A stretch of DNA of 64,000 nt from Promethearchaeota archaeon (GTDB taxonomy: Archaea; Asgardarchaeota; Lokiarchaeia; Sigyniarchaeales; SOKP01): contig JAHPZE010000006.1 of the NCBI GenBank assembly GCA_019058365.1, positions 32,001-96,000 on the forward strand, in the 5' to 3' direction. Both the position numbers and the translations under genes were made by a program. Position 1 is the first letter of the stretch; each line of letters opens with the position of its first letter. The notes beneath the pieces were generated by a model. The model had not been told where the DNA came from. It did not search any database and worked only from the letters and a program-made list of their open reading frames with translations. Below, one piece after another: positions 1 to 10,379 of this stretch.

Positions 1-235
1 TACGATCGTCTATTGATAGAGCTTCCTCGGGACACACCTCAATGCACGGATAATCTTTGCATTGAAAACAGAGATGAGGTATTTCAACGCCTGGAACAAA
101 CATGAAAACTCTAACTCTTGAAGCTTCCGGCCAAATTTTCCCTTCGTGATAGAGAGAACACGCAATCTCACATCTTCTGCATCCGCTGCATTTTTCATAA
201 ATTCTTTTTATCCACAGATTATTTATATCTTCCAT
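1..235 (-). CDS. 4Fe-4S dicluster protein (DmsB/CooF/HydN-like electron-transfer subunit), 3' end runs off the window
   Basis: Manual translation from ATG at 235: MEDINNLWIKRIYEKCSGCRRCEIACSLYHEGKIWPEASRVRVFMFVPGVEIPHLCFQCKDYPCIEVCPEEALSIDDR. It contains CxxCxxCxxxC and CxxC..PC..VCP ferredoxin motifs, with AAGGT upstream. The track ORF 10..198 is an out-of-frame shadow. Confidence 0.9.
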   Translation of the reverse strand, partial: MEDINNLWIKRIYEKCSGCRRCEIACSLYHEGKIWPEASRVRVFMFVPGVEIPHLCFQCKDYPCIEVCPEEALSIDDR

Positions 236-663
236 ATCGATACCTTACTACTTGTAAATGGCCATTTGTTATTAATTCTTTTCTTATTTATAGTTTTTGT
301 AAACTTATACACGATAATAGAATACACGTCTGATGATTTTTAGAAGTGTATATTTAGCACAAATCATGCTTCAAATTATTTAAATTTGAAGGGAAAGTTA
401 AGTAGAAATAAAAACCAATTTCTTAAAAGTATTGAACCCGTCATTAAAAACCCAAACATGTGTCAACCTGACTATTTTCGAGGGTTATAAAAATTTCACT
501 TGCTTAAGAAGAATTCTTGTTAGTTATCCATTATACTTCACTAAAATTTCATTGAAATAAGACTCTGAATTTACTATTATATCCTTGGAAAAAAATCGAA
601 TATACATAAATTTTAAAATAATTAACATTTAAATATGGTATGATACTTCTAGAATGATTTAAA

Positions 664-1416
664 ATGCCTGTCGAACCTAAAATTGCTGCCACTGTCGTAT
701 TATTACGTGAACGAGTGCCAGATTTAGAATTTGATGATGATTGTGAATTTGAAGTGTTCATGGTCAAGCGACATGAAAAAGCAAGGTTTATGAATGCACA
801 CCATGTATTCCCGGGTGGTGGCATAGAAGCACAAGATATGACTCTAGACTCAAGAGCAAGACTAATCGGGCCTGATCACGAGATTCTAAGTACTGTTAAA
901 GAAGTATGTGATGAACCGTCTGGTCTTTGGATAATTGCAATTCGCGAACTATTTGAGGAAACAGGGATTCTAATCGCAACAAAGGATAGGGAACAAGTTA
1001 TTGAAATAAATAGAGAAAATGGCACGAAATTTAAAAATTATCAAGAGGCGCTTCAAAAGGATCGAGAAACTATGACAAGTATTTTAACAAAGGAAAATCT
1101 TTATTATGCTGCGAATTATTTAAAATATTTTGGAAGATTAATCACTCCTAAGTCATCTCCTATTCGATTTGATACCCAATTTTTTCTATGTAAATTTCCT
1201 CAGAATCAGAATATTAATTTGTTTAGAGACGAATTAACAGAAGGATTATGGGGTTCTCCAAGATTTTTTTTGAAATTATTTCGAAAAAAGAAGATTAAAA
1301 TAATTTTCCCTCAATATACAACACTTAATCGACTCAAAAGATTTAAAACAATTCAAAAAGCTTTTTCTAATTCGAGAAATGGGTTCAAAATTGTTCAAGT
1401 GAAGGATTTTAGATAA
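664..1416 (+). CDS. Nudix hydrolase (NUDT19/acyl-CoA diphosphatase-like)
   Basis: AATVVLLR, VFPGG, Nudix box AIRELFEETG, ITP...RFDTQFF. Confidence 0.85.
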   Translation: MPVEPKIAATVVLLRERVPDLEFDDDCEFEVFMVKRHEKARFMNAHHVFPGGGIEAQDMTLDSRARLIGPDHEILSTVKEVCDEPSGLWIIAIRELFEETGILIATKDREQVIEINRENGTKFKNYQEALQKDRETMTSILTKENLYYAANYLKYFGRLITPKSSPIRFDTQFFLCKFPQNQNINLFRDELTEGLWGSPRFFLKLFRKKKIKIIFPQYTTLNRLKRFKTIQKAFSNSRNGFKIVQVKDFR

Positions 1417-1528
1417 CATTCTAATATCATAATATGAAAATATCTTATATTTAATCGAATAAATTTGAATTTCAGTTAAATTTCAACTAAAATATCAACA
1501 TTTTTATTATTTAACTTTAACTTTAATC

Positions 1529-2272
1529 TCACGACGCATAGAAAGGGAGAGTGCTGAGTTTCTTTTGGATTTCGTTAAATGGGTGCAAAACCATTTTTTT
1601 GGTGAGTTCCATTACGTCCTCCATATCAGAGTAAATATTGTACCATTCTACAGACTTTCCAAAAACAATTTTTAACGTTGCCTTCTTATTAAGAAGGACG
1701 TCCTGTGCAACATTCTTTGGTATATTTCCTAGTGTGTCTTTATAGACTTTTTCTATAGCAGTTTTTACCTTCATTTTTGGATTAGCCTGCAATTTTAAAA
1801 CTACATTATCCATATAATCTTTATATTCACTTAAATAGCTAAAAGTTTTTTCAGCATAATCGACAACTTTTTGAGCATCAATTTTATTCACATCAAAACT
1901 TTGAAATGTCTCTTCAATCCTTTCTTTTGCTTTATCTACAAGCCCTACTTTAATTTCCTTAATTAGAACATCTATTGATCCTTGATCAGATAAAACAGCA
2001 TTAGCCATCTGTTCTAATCTTGAGAGTAGGCTTTTATCTATTTCTAATGGTGAAGATTGAGTACTCTCATGGACATTTTGTATTGTATCGTCTTGTTCCA
2101 TATTATGTTTATTCACTATATGATCCTCTGCACTTTCTTTTTGTATTTGATTTTCTTGTTGTTCTCCTGCCATGCATGAAGAACAAATTCCATTATATGT
2201 ATGTACTTCACCTATCCAGGGTTCAGTATTATAAACCTTTTTACATTTCTCACAATGATTATATTTTACCAT
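1529..2272 (-). CDS. Hypothetical protein with N-terminal Zn finger (CxxC...CxxC) and helical C-terminal region
   Basis: CEKC...CSSC, then a low-complexity linker and a helical domain; 247 aa ORF. Confidence 0.6.
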   Translation of the reverse strand: MVKYNHCEKCKKVYNTEPWIGEVHTYNGICSSCMAGEQQENQIQKESAEDHIVNKHNMEQDDTIQNVHESTQSSPLEIDKSLLSRLEQMANAVLSDQGSIDVLIKEIKVGLVDKAKERIEETFQSFDVNKIDAQKVVDYAEKTFSYLSEYKDYMDNVVLKLQANPKMKVKTAIEKVYKDTLGNIPKNVAQDVLLNKKATLKIVFGKSVEWYNIYSDMEDVMELTKKMVLHPFNEIQKKLSTLPFYAS

Positions 2273-2396
2273 AAATAATTCATATCTTGTTTTTTAAACA
2301 TTTGAAATTTACTTTTTAAGGCGAATATATTGGTTGAATCAAAAATTAATAGAGGTAGCGATAATTTAAAGATAATGTATTTTTTTTAAATCTTTT

Positions 2397-2939
2397 TTAC
2401 AAATTCCTCATTCTTTCTGAAGCGTGTACAATCATGCGATGTGTTAATTCTTTAAAAGAATCTTCAATATTTTCACCTGTTTTAGCAGAGGTCTCAATGT
2501 AAATGCTATCCTTATTTTCTGCGTATTCCTTTACGACCTCAGTATCAATCGAACGGCCAACATCTTCAATTAAGTCTACTTTATTCCCGATAATAATAAA
2601 AGGTACTTTTTCTTTTAATATTGAAAACATCTCTGAAACCCATATTTCAAGCGCTTCATAAGTTTTAATCTGAGTAAGATCAAAGATTACTAAAGCCCCA
2701 TTAGTTCCTTCATAATATTGTTTATGTAGAAATTCAAATTTTTTCTGGCCAGCTATATCCCAAATAACAAGCTTAGCAAAATCTTTTTTTTCCATGTGTA
2801 TTTCTTTTGTTAAATAATTAATACCTATAGTAGTTATATAATCATGAGAGAATTGATTTTTCACAAACCTATATAGAATGCTAGTTTTTCCTACAGCAGC
2901 AGCACCTAGTAAAAGTACTTTAAAGCTATATTTAGTCAT
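2397..2939 (-). CDS. Rab/Ras-like small GTPase
   Basis: G1 GAAAVGKTS, G2 YITTIG, G3 WDIAGQ, G4 GNKVD, G5 ETSAK; no C-terminal Cys for prenylation. Confidence 0.95.
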   Translation of the reverse strand: MTKYSFKVLLLGAAAVGKTSILYRFVKNQFSHDYITTIGINYLTKEIHMEKKDFAKLVIWDIAGQKKFEFLHKQYYEGTNGALVIFDLTQIKTYEALEIWVSEMFSILKEKVPFIIIGNKVDLIEDVGRSIDTEVVKEYAENKDSIYIETSAKTGENIEDSFKELTHRMIVHASERMRNL

Positions 2940-3054
2940 AAAAATTAAATGATTTTAGAATTTTCCACGTAAGAAGATATAATTCATAATTTGTTAAAAC
3001 ATTTTAGGTAAAATATTTAGGTTTAAATATCTGGTCTTATTTGATAAAACTAAT

Positions 3055-6000
3055 ATGAGGAAAATAAAAAAAAGTATAACTCTATTAATCCCTGCTATCA
3101 TTTTTGTCACATATTTCATTATTCCATTTATAGGGATACAATTAAATAGCTCAGATCCTTACAATCCAAATTCTAATAATACCATTAAAATGGATTTATC
3201 ACCTACTTCTTTTAGTACACAAATTAGTTCAAATGATATCGTTCTAGAGGATTATTCTGAAAAAGAAAATTCTAAGTATGATACTTACCTTGAAGAATTC
3301 TTATTAAATATCACTCTAGCTAAAATTAGTAATCCAAAAGAGATCAAAATAATTGTTCATTTTGAGGAGTCTATACCAAAAGAAGAAAGAGTTGATATCT
3401 TAGATTCTGTTTTTAATGATTACAATTTAGTAACCAATTATGATATTATTTCCGCAATTTATTTAAAAATTAATCCAAATCAGTTAATTGAAAAAGAGAG
3501 TATAATCGAAAGCAATATCGCGATAACCAAAATTTACAAATCGAGAGTATTCCAATATCCCTATATTGAAGATGATAATTTACAGCTCAGTGTGTTAGAT
3601 GAAGATAATTATCCTAATTGGTGGATTTCTGCCATTGGAGCAGAAGATCTACCGTATGATGGATCGGGTGTGAAAGTGGCGGTAATTGATACTGGAATAT
3701 ATGCTCATCCAGATTTAACGATTGTGAATAATCGTAATTTTGTTACTGATGAGCTACCATCAAATTATAATGATGATGTTGGGCATGGCACCCACGTAGC
3801 TGGAATAATTGCAGGTGATGGAGGATCATCATCGGGAAAATACCGTGGTGTCGCTCCTGGTGTACTTTTAATCAACGCAAGAGCCGGAAATGCAAGTGGA
3901 TTGGGCGATGTTGATATAATAAGCGCTATTGAATGGAGTTCTAAACCCACAAATGAAGGAGGTGCTGGAGCTGATATCATTTCGATGAGCTTCGGTGGAG
4001 GCTATCCAATTATTTCAGATTCAATAACGGATGCAATTTCAACAGCAAAAAGGGATTACGGTGTTATTTTTGTAGCATCTGCAGGTAATTCTGGTCCGGA
4101 CTATTTTACAGGATCTACTCCTGCTTCTGGTGTGGATGTAATTGCTGTAGGGGCGACAGATATAGATGATGAATTAGCCTCCTTTAGTAGTTGGGGTCCA
4201 ACATTTAATTATATTGGTTACCCCGATGTCGTTGCTCCTGGTGTTAATATTATTTCTACAGAATCATTTCAGTCTGTTATTTCAGACGAAGAACGTTATA
4301 TAGGAGATTATTTCGATTTTCCCGGAGATGGAGATTATATCCCTCTAAGTGGAACGAGTATGTCCTGTCCTATGGTTACTGGAGCATTAGCAATTTTATT
4401 AGAAGCTTTTCCTAATATTACTCCTGAAACTGCTAGAATTGCTTTATTAGAAGGAGCAAGAAAACTTGAAGATGAAAATAATGATGAGATTCTTAAGTCT
4501 GGAGCGGGATTAATAAATGTGTCTGCTTCTCTTAATTATTTAAACAGTATTTCTCCTGATTATAATAATATAGCAAAATTGTATCCCGATGACCTTCCCG
4601 TTAAACCATATGATTTATTACACTTTCCAGGAGATCATCAAAAATTTAATTTAACAATAATTTCAGGACAGAGTAATACATTTGATATAGAAATTCCAGA
4701 TAATATTCAAGGTGTATCCTTTTCCATAGATAAGTTAAATATAACCTTCTCTGAAGCGGGAATTAGTTTTGTGGAACTTAATATTCAAATAGATAAGGAT
4801 GCTTTTCCGGGAGTAAGGAATTTCCAGATTAATCTTACAGTGGGAGGTCTAGTATACGATACTTCGGAAATTACATTAGAAATTCGATTGCCTGAATATC
4901 GGATATTAATGGAATCCTTTCATGGGTTAAATGATTGGTTTCCAGAACCATTTTATTCATTTTATCAGATAGGTTTTTATGAGGCTATGGAAGATCTCTC
5001 TGAATTAAATATTTCAATTGATTATAGTATGGAATATTGGACTCCTGACTATAATAAGAATTTAAATAATTCAATATTAACAGAAGAAAGGTTAGCGCAA
5101 TATGATCTTGTATTATTACAGGCCCCCATACTCTCATATAGCCCATTGGAAATAAATAATTTAGAAAATTATTTTGATAATGGAGGCAATCTCTTGTTTT
5201 TGGGTACAAGATATCAAGATATGGTTATAGAAAATATTAATTATTTATTCTCGAGATTGGAAGTAGATATTCAAATTAATGAAGAAAATGTAATGAATGA
5301 TGAGTGGTTAGGAATTGGAATAAGCTTAGATTCTCAAAGTGTGAATGAATTTGATAATCCAGAGATTTTTAATGGTGTAAGCCAATTCTATTGGCAATAT
5401 GGTAATAGTTTTAGTGTTTCTACAAATGCAGAGTCAATTGCTACAATTAATAATACAACTGTTGCAGCTATGTTTAATGGAACGCCACAAGGAAAAGGAC
5501 AATTCTTAGCTTTTGGAGATTTACATTGGATATTTGACAAATATGAATTATCATCTTATTCTCAAGATCATTTTACCCTCTTAAAGAACATAATCGAATT
5601 TCTTATACCTAAAGAAGATGTATCTATTAATATTGATCTAAGTAAAGATCGTATTTCAGATCCAGAGATTGGCTTATCCATTTATTTAAAAAATCAAACC
5701 TCAGAATCTCCAATAAATGTTTCTGATTATACATCTTTAGATGTGACTATTTCAAATGATTCTTTTTCTAAACAAATTCTATTAAATACTTCATTTTCAG
5801 ATAAGGGGATTTATTTTAATACTTCATATAATCTTCCATATTCCAGTTATACACCTTATAATATCAAAGTAAATCTAACTATTGGATCAGAAAATTATGT
5901 TAAAACTACGAAAATACTCTTTTTTAAACAAAGCGAAGTTCCCCAGATCATTGATCTAACTAGTGATCTCCCTATTGATGATCTTTCTATTACAAGATCA

Positions 6001-7059
6001 ATTGTAGATTCAACATATTTAATAGCTGAATTGGATGGTTCGTCGTACAACGTAGAGGGGTATTTATCAATCTATTCTTATTCCTTCTACAATACTAAAG
6101 AATCTGTAAATAAAACTTTGGCATTTAATAATTATTCTTTTAATAATTATAGGAATAATTTTAACCCAATTAGTACTGATCCCTCAGGATATGCTATTTA
6201 TTACATTATTCCGTCAAATTCAAATTATACTAACCCAAATTCACCTAGATATTCATTTACAATTATCAATAATAATCCTGAAATATTAAAAGCAACTTCT
6301 ACATTCAATTATGGTGGAAAATCCGACATTAGTTTTGCCGATACGGAATCTGACCAAGGTTCTAATGTCTATTCAGCGACTCAAGGAAATACATTTAATT
6401 TTGAAGTTGCTGTATCAGATATTGAAGAAACTGATAAATCTAATTTAAGAGTGTTTGTAAATTTATTTATTTGCTCAGTAACTAGTGATAATTATATCAT
6501 GTTAATTTATCCAAAAACCATTGAAGTAGCTGAATTGCATTATCAACTACTATTGAATAAATTTGAAGGATCCTTTATCATACCAGATACAATGCAATAT
6601 AGCTCTATTACTGGGACTAAATCAATATCAACTGCCGCTGGTTTTGACACTAATACTAATCGAGGATATCTGGGTATTCTTTATATCACAGTTTATGATA
6701 GCGAGGGAGGATATGATGATTTTATAGTTATTTTGATTATTTCTCAAAGACCAATAGACTATTCTCTTATTATCATAATTGTAGTTTCAATAATTGCTCT
6801 AATAGGAGTTGTGAGTACGATAGTATATTACGCAAGAAGGAAAAAATATCCAAGAGTTACCCGGGTTCAACCTTCATCTCAAGAATATTATTACCGCCCA
6901 TCATATGAACGCCCAGAAGAACAGTCATATGTCACACCCGAGCCATTATCTCAACTAGGACAATTTTATTGTCCTTTCTGTGGACAATTAGTTACAACAC
7001 GAAAAAAATTCTGTCCACATTGTGGGGAATCTCTCATGTTTAATGAACAAGAAGAGTAA
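3055..7059 (+). CDS. Membrane-anchored S8 subtilisin-like protease with GATase/DUF4350-like domain, C-terminal TM and cytoplasmic double zinc ribbon
   Basis: N-terminal hydrophobic segment; triad VIDTG / HGTHVAG / GTSMSCP; oxyanion SAGNSG; TM LIIIIVVSIIALIGVVSTIVYY; tail CPFCG...CPHCG. Confidence 0.9.
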   Translation: MRKIKKSITLLIPAIIFVTYFIIPFIGIQLNSSDPYNPNSNNTIKMDLSPTSFSTQISSNDIVLEDYSEKENSKYDTYLEEFLLNITLAKISNPKEIKIIVHFEESIPKEERVDILDSVFNDYNLVTNYDIISAIYLKINPNQLIEKESIIESNIAITKIYKSRVFQYPYIEDDNLQLSVLDEDNYPNWWISAIGAEDLPYDGSGVKVAVIDTGIYAHPDLTIVNNRNFVTDELPSNYNDDVGHGTHVAGIIAGDGGSSSGKYRGVAPGVLLINARAGNASGLGDVDIISAIEWSSKPTNEGGAGADIISMSFGGGYPIISDSITDAISTAKRDYGVIFVASAGNSGPDYFTGSTPASGVDVIAVGATDIDDELASFSSWGPTFNYIGYPDVVAPGVNIISTESFQSVISDEERYIGDYFDFPGDGDYIPLSGTSMSCPMVTGALAILLEAFPNITPETARIALLEGARKLEDENNDEILKSGAGLINVSASLNYLNSISPDYNNIAKLYPDDLPVKPYDLLHFPGDHQKFNLTIISGQSNTFDIEIPDNIQGVSFSIDKLNITFSEAGISFVELNIQIDKDAFPGVRNFQINLTVGGLVYDTSEITLEIRLPEYRILMESFHGLNDWFPEPFYSFYQIGFYEAMEDLSELNISIDYSMEYWTPDYNKNLNNSILTEERLAQYDLVLLQAPILSYSPLEINNLENYFDNGGNLLFLGTRYQDMVIENINYLFSRLEVDIQINEENVMNDEWLGIGISLDSQSVNEFDNPEIFNGVSQFYWQYGNSFSVSTNAESIATINNTTVAAMFNGTPQGKGQFLAFGDLHWIFDKYELSSYSQDHFTLLKNIIEFLIPKEDVSINIDLSKDRISDPEIGLSIYLKNQTSESPINVSDYTSLDVTISNDSFSKQILLNTSFSDKGIYFNTSYNLPYSSYTPYNIKVNLTIGSENYVKTTKILFFKQSEVPQIIDLTSDLPIDDLSITRSIVDSTYLIAELDGSSYNVEGYLSIYSYSFYNTKESVNKTLAFNNYSFNNYRNNFNPISTDPSGYAIYYIIPSNSNYTNPNSPRYSFTIINNNPEILKATSTFNYGGKSDISFADTESDQGSNVYSATQGNTFNFEVAVSDIEETDKSNLRVFVNLFICSVTSDNYIMLIYPKTIEVAELHYQLLLNKFEGSFIIPDTMQYSSITGTKSISTAAGFDTNTNRGYLGILYITVYDSEGGYDDFIVILIISQRPIDYSLIIIIVVSIIALIGVVSTIVYYARRKKYPRVTRVQPSSQEYYYRPSYERPEEQSYVTPEPLSQLGQFYCPFCGQLVTTRKKFCPHCGESLMFNEQEE

Positions 7060-7089
7060 AATATTTTTAATAATAGAAGTATATTTTCT

Positions 7090-7809
7090 TTATTTTTTAT
7101 TAAATATTAAAACTTCACCATCACGATTTCCTATGTAAACTTTAGTTGTCATTCCAATAAATAAACCCGTATCTACTACTCCAGGAATAAATAGAACTTT
7201 TTTATCTATCTCCTTAGGATTATTAATTTCGCCAAAATCGACATCTATAATAAAATTTCCATTATCTGTAATTAATGGCCCACTTTTTGACTGAGCCATT
7301 CGAAGTTTAGGATTTCCACCTAAATTTTTTAATTTTTTCATAATTGGAAAATACGCCATAGGAATCACTTCAATAGGAACTCCGCCTTTCCAATTCATTC
7401 CTAATTTTTCAGATTTTTTCCTAAAATCTGCTATGATAATAAGTTTCTTTGAATTTGAAGCGATTATTTTCTCTTGTACCAGACAACCTCCTCCACCTTT
7501 AACTAAATTGAGATCTTTATCTATTTCATCTGCACCATCAATATCAACATCAATTTCTGGATATTGTTCTAAAGAAACTAACTCTAATCCATTCTGTATT
7601 ATTAATTGATAAGATTGAAATGAGCTTGGAATACATTTTACATTTAAGTTCTTTTCTTTGTTCATTTCACCTAATCTTTTTACGGCATATATAATAGTTG
7701 ATCCGCTTCCTATCCCAATGATCATATTCTTTTTAACGTTTTCTTCTACAGCTTTTATAGCAGCATTCTTTTTTCCCAATTCAATTAATTCTTCTGTCAA
7801 AATTATCAC
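7090..7809 (-). CDS. rpiA: Ribose-5-phosphate isomerase A
   Basis: GIGSGST, DGADE, KGGGG, EKIIA, TDNGN motifs. Confidence 0.97.
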   Translation of the reverse strand: MIILTEELIELGKKNAAIKAVEENVKKNMIIGIGSGSTIIYAVKRLGEMNKEKNLNVKCIPSSFQSYQLIIQNGLELVSLEQYPEIDVDIDGADEIDKDLNLVKGGGGCLVQEKIIASNSKKLIIIADFRKKSEKLGMNWKGGVPIEVIPMAYFPIMKKLKNLGGNPKLRMAQSKSGPLITDNGNFIIDVDFGEINNPKEIDKKVLFIPGVVDTGLFIGMTTKVYIGNRDGEVLIFNKK

Positions 7810-7819
7810 TTAAAGTCTA

Positions 7820-8224
7820 TTATTTTAAAAGATCTAAAATCCTAATCGCTAAAAGGGCAGCGTTATCTCCCCTATCAATACCAACACTTGCAACGGGAAC
7901 TCCTGGAGGCATCTGAACTATAGATAACAATGCGTCTAATCCACCTAATTTAGCACTTACAGGAACTCCTATAACTGGCTTATTAGTTTTCGATGCAATT
8001 ACCCCTGGTAAAGCAGCAGAAAGACCAGCAACTGCAATATAGACTAACGAATCACAATTCTTAAGATAAGTATCTAACTTTTCATGATCTCTGTGTGCGG
8101 ATATAACCTTTAACTCATATGAAATATTATTTTCCCTTAAAATCTTTTCTGCTTTCTCGTACACTTGTTTATCAGAAGTACTCCCCGCTATAATTGAAAC
8201 TAAAGTTTTATTAGGAATTGACAT
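7820..8224 (-). CDS. purE: N5-CAIR mutase / AIR carboxylase (short archaeal form)
   Basis: [33 protein letters not shown]. Confidence 0.95.
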   Translation of the reverse strand: MSIPNKTLVSIIAGSTSDKQVYEKAEKILRENNISYELKVISAHRDHEKLDTYLKNCDSLVYIAVAGLSAALPGVIASKTNKPVIGVPVSAKLGGLDALLSIVQMPPGVPVASVGIDRGDNAALLAIRILDLLK

Positions 8225-8384
8225 AATTAATCTAACTCATCGAATAATAAAAAGTATTTTAATAGGTTCTTAATAGTTGTAATAACTTTGCTATAAAGGA
8301 AAGTTTTATTATTTTTTTTTAATTCTATAAATTAATATTCAAAATTAGAAAATTAATTTAAAAAAAATTCAGAGGGATATTTAA

Positions 8385-9668
8385 ATGGAAATGAAAGAAG
8401 TTTGGTTAATTGATTATGCGAGAACTGCATTCTCTCGTTCAAGACCAAAAGAACCAGAGAGAGATGTTTTTGGTGAGATTCGTGGCGATGAGCTCTTAGC
8501 TACACTGATTATGAAATTTTTTGATGAAAAACTTGCTAACAAAGGAATAAAGAAAGAAGAAATTGATGAATTCACAGTAGGAACCGCTATGGGTGTATAT
8601 GAAGCCTGGACATATGGAGGACGATTACCATTATTTCTAGCAGATTTCCCTGCGCATGTTCCTGCTTTGTTCGTAGATCGTCAATGTGGTTCTGCTGGTT
8701 CTGGAACGCATGTGGGTATTATGGAAATTATGACGGGTCATAGTAAAATTTGTTTAGCAGGAGGCGTAGAACACATGACTAGAATTCCCATGCAGAATGA
8801 TTGGATTCGTCCAAACCTAGCGATGATTAACAAAAAGAGTGACTGGTATAGACCTCAATATGACTTGATGACTACAATTAATATGATTCAAACTGCACAA
8901 AAACTCTATGAGGAAGAAATGCCTGCTTTTACAAAGGAAGATCTGGATAAATTTGGAGTCAGAGCTCATAATCTAACAGTTGAAAATCAAGAAAAGGGCT
9001 GGTTTAAGGGTGAAATCATCCCTATTGAGGGTCATGTTGAAGGGAATGTTGAAGAACCACTAATGGTCGACAAAGATATGGCAGCAAGAAAATCTACTTT
9101 AGACAGGGTTGCTCAGTTACCTAGATTATCAAAACCTTTTTATTTGGAAAAGAATGGGGGAAGACAGGGATACATTGATCGCGAAGGAACAAAAGATGGT
9201 GTAATTACTCCTGGAAATTCTTCACCCCTAAATGCTGGAGCCACTACATGTTTAATGATGGAAGCAGAAGAAGCAAAAAAGAGAGGACTTGAACCATTAG
9301 CTAGAATTGTATCAATTGGTTGGGCCGCTGTAGATCCATCAGTTATGGGAAGAGGTCCAGTTCCTGCCACTCAAAAAGCATTAGAATATGCGGGATTAAC
9401 TGCAGATGATATAGATTATTGGGAAATTAATGAAGCATTCACAATAGTAACTCTTAACTGTATGAAAGCATTCAATATTCCTGAAGAAAAAGTTAATGTA
9501 ATGGGCGGATCTACTGCAATTGGACATCCTTTAGGTGCCACAATGATAAGACTGCCAGGTACTGTTGCTCGCATCTTAAAAGACAAAAAAGCTAAATATG
9601 GTGTTGCAAATGCTTGTTGCGGTGGTGGGCAAGGTGTTGCAACTGTCTTAGAAAATTTAGATGCCTAA
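8385..9668 (+). CDS. Acetyl-CoA C-acyltransferase (thiolase)
   Basis: RQCGS catalytic Cys, NEAF, GHPLGATM, CCGGGQG. Confidence 0.95.
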   Translation: MEMKEVWLIDYARTAFSRSRPKEPERDVFGEIRGDELLATLIMKFFDEKLANKGIKKEEIDEFTVGTAMGVYEAWTYGGRLPLFLADFPAHVPALFVDRQCGSAGSGTHVGIMEIMTGHSKICLAGGVEHMTRIPMQNDWIRPNLAMINKKSDWYRPQYDLMTTINMIQTAQKLYEEEMPAFTKEDLDKFGVRAHNLTVENQEKGWFKGEIIPIEGHVEGNVEEPLMVDKDMAARKSTLDRVAQLPRLSKPFYLEKNGGRQGYIDREGTKDGVITPGNSSPLNAGATTCLMMEAEEAKKRGLEPLARIVSIGWAAVDPSVMGRGPVPATQKALEYAGLTADDIDYWEINEAFTIVTLNCMKAFNIPEEKVNVMGGSTAIGHPLGATMIRLPGTVARILKDKKAKYGVANACCGGGQGVATVLENLDA

Positions 9669-9695
9669 AATCTCAAAAATATTAAGCTAAAAAGA

Positions 9696-9722
9696 TTTTT
9701 TTTACTTTTTTTTTGTTTTTTT
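9696..9722 (+). terminator. Oligo(T) archaeal-type terminator downstream of thiolase
   Basis: Several T runs (tttttttactttttttttgttttttt) about 30 nt after the stop codon. Confidence 0.5.
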
Positions 9723-9859
9723 CTACAATTATTCAATATTGATTTTATTTGGGCTTTAATTAAGAAGTCTTTTCTATTTTTATGTTTTCTGCGAAATATT
9801 TAAATACTAACCTATATCAAATGATCTTACAAGATAATTAAAATGTAAGTGAAATCATT

Positions 9860-10066
9860 ATGACCGTATATAAATCAATTCAACTCGTTGCAACGAGTGA
9901 TAAAAATTGGGCTGATGCTGTAAAAAACGCTTATGATGAAGCCAAGAAATCTCTACGAGGGATTAGGAACATTCAAATTGTTGAATCTGATGTTAAGGTA
10001 AAAGAAGATATTGACAAGCTAATTTACAGAGTTAGAGTCCAAGTAAATTTCCAACTAGAAAGATAA
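9860..10066 (+). CDS. Dodecin family flavin-binding protein
   Basis: VYKSIQLVATS..WADAV..A..EA.KSLRGI...YRVRVQVNF; 68 aa. Confidence 0.9.
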   Translation: MTVYKSIQLVATSDKNWADAVKNAYDEAKKSLRGIRNIQIVESDVKVKEDIDKLIYRVRVQVNFQLER

Positions 10067-10226
10067 AATTTTCAAATAGTTCTTATTTTTTTCTTTTTCT
10101 TTTTATCTTTATCCAGTTATTTAGACTATTTTTTGTTAGATATACCAGAATTTTATAAATCCTATTGTCAAATTTTAAATATTACGAGTTCTATTTAGAT
10201 TTTAATAAATTAAAGGAAGGGTAATT

Positions 10227-10355
10227 ATGTTTCAGTCAAACATCATTGGGGATTTATTTTCTGATCCTCGTGTATTGCAATATATAATTGGGGGAGTAAT
10301 TTTAATAATAGTCTTTATACTTTGTTATGCTTTACATAGAAAATTAACATCTTAA
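10227..10355 (+). CDS. Small single-pass membrane protein (42 aa), absent from ORF track
   Basis: MFQSNIIGDLFSDPRVLQYIIGGVILIIVFILCYALHRKLTS; GGAAGGG upstream; hydrophobic span followed by HRK. Confidence 0.6.
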   Translation: MFQSNIIGDLFSDPRVLQYIIGGVILIIVFILCYALHRKLTS

Positions 10356-10379
10356 AATTTAAAAACATTTCGTGTCATT

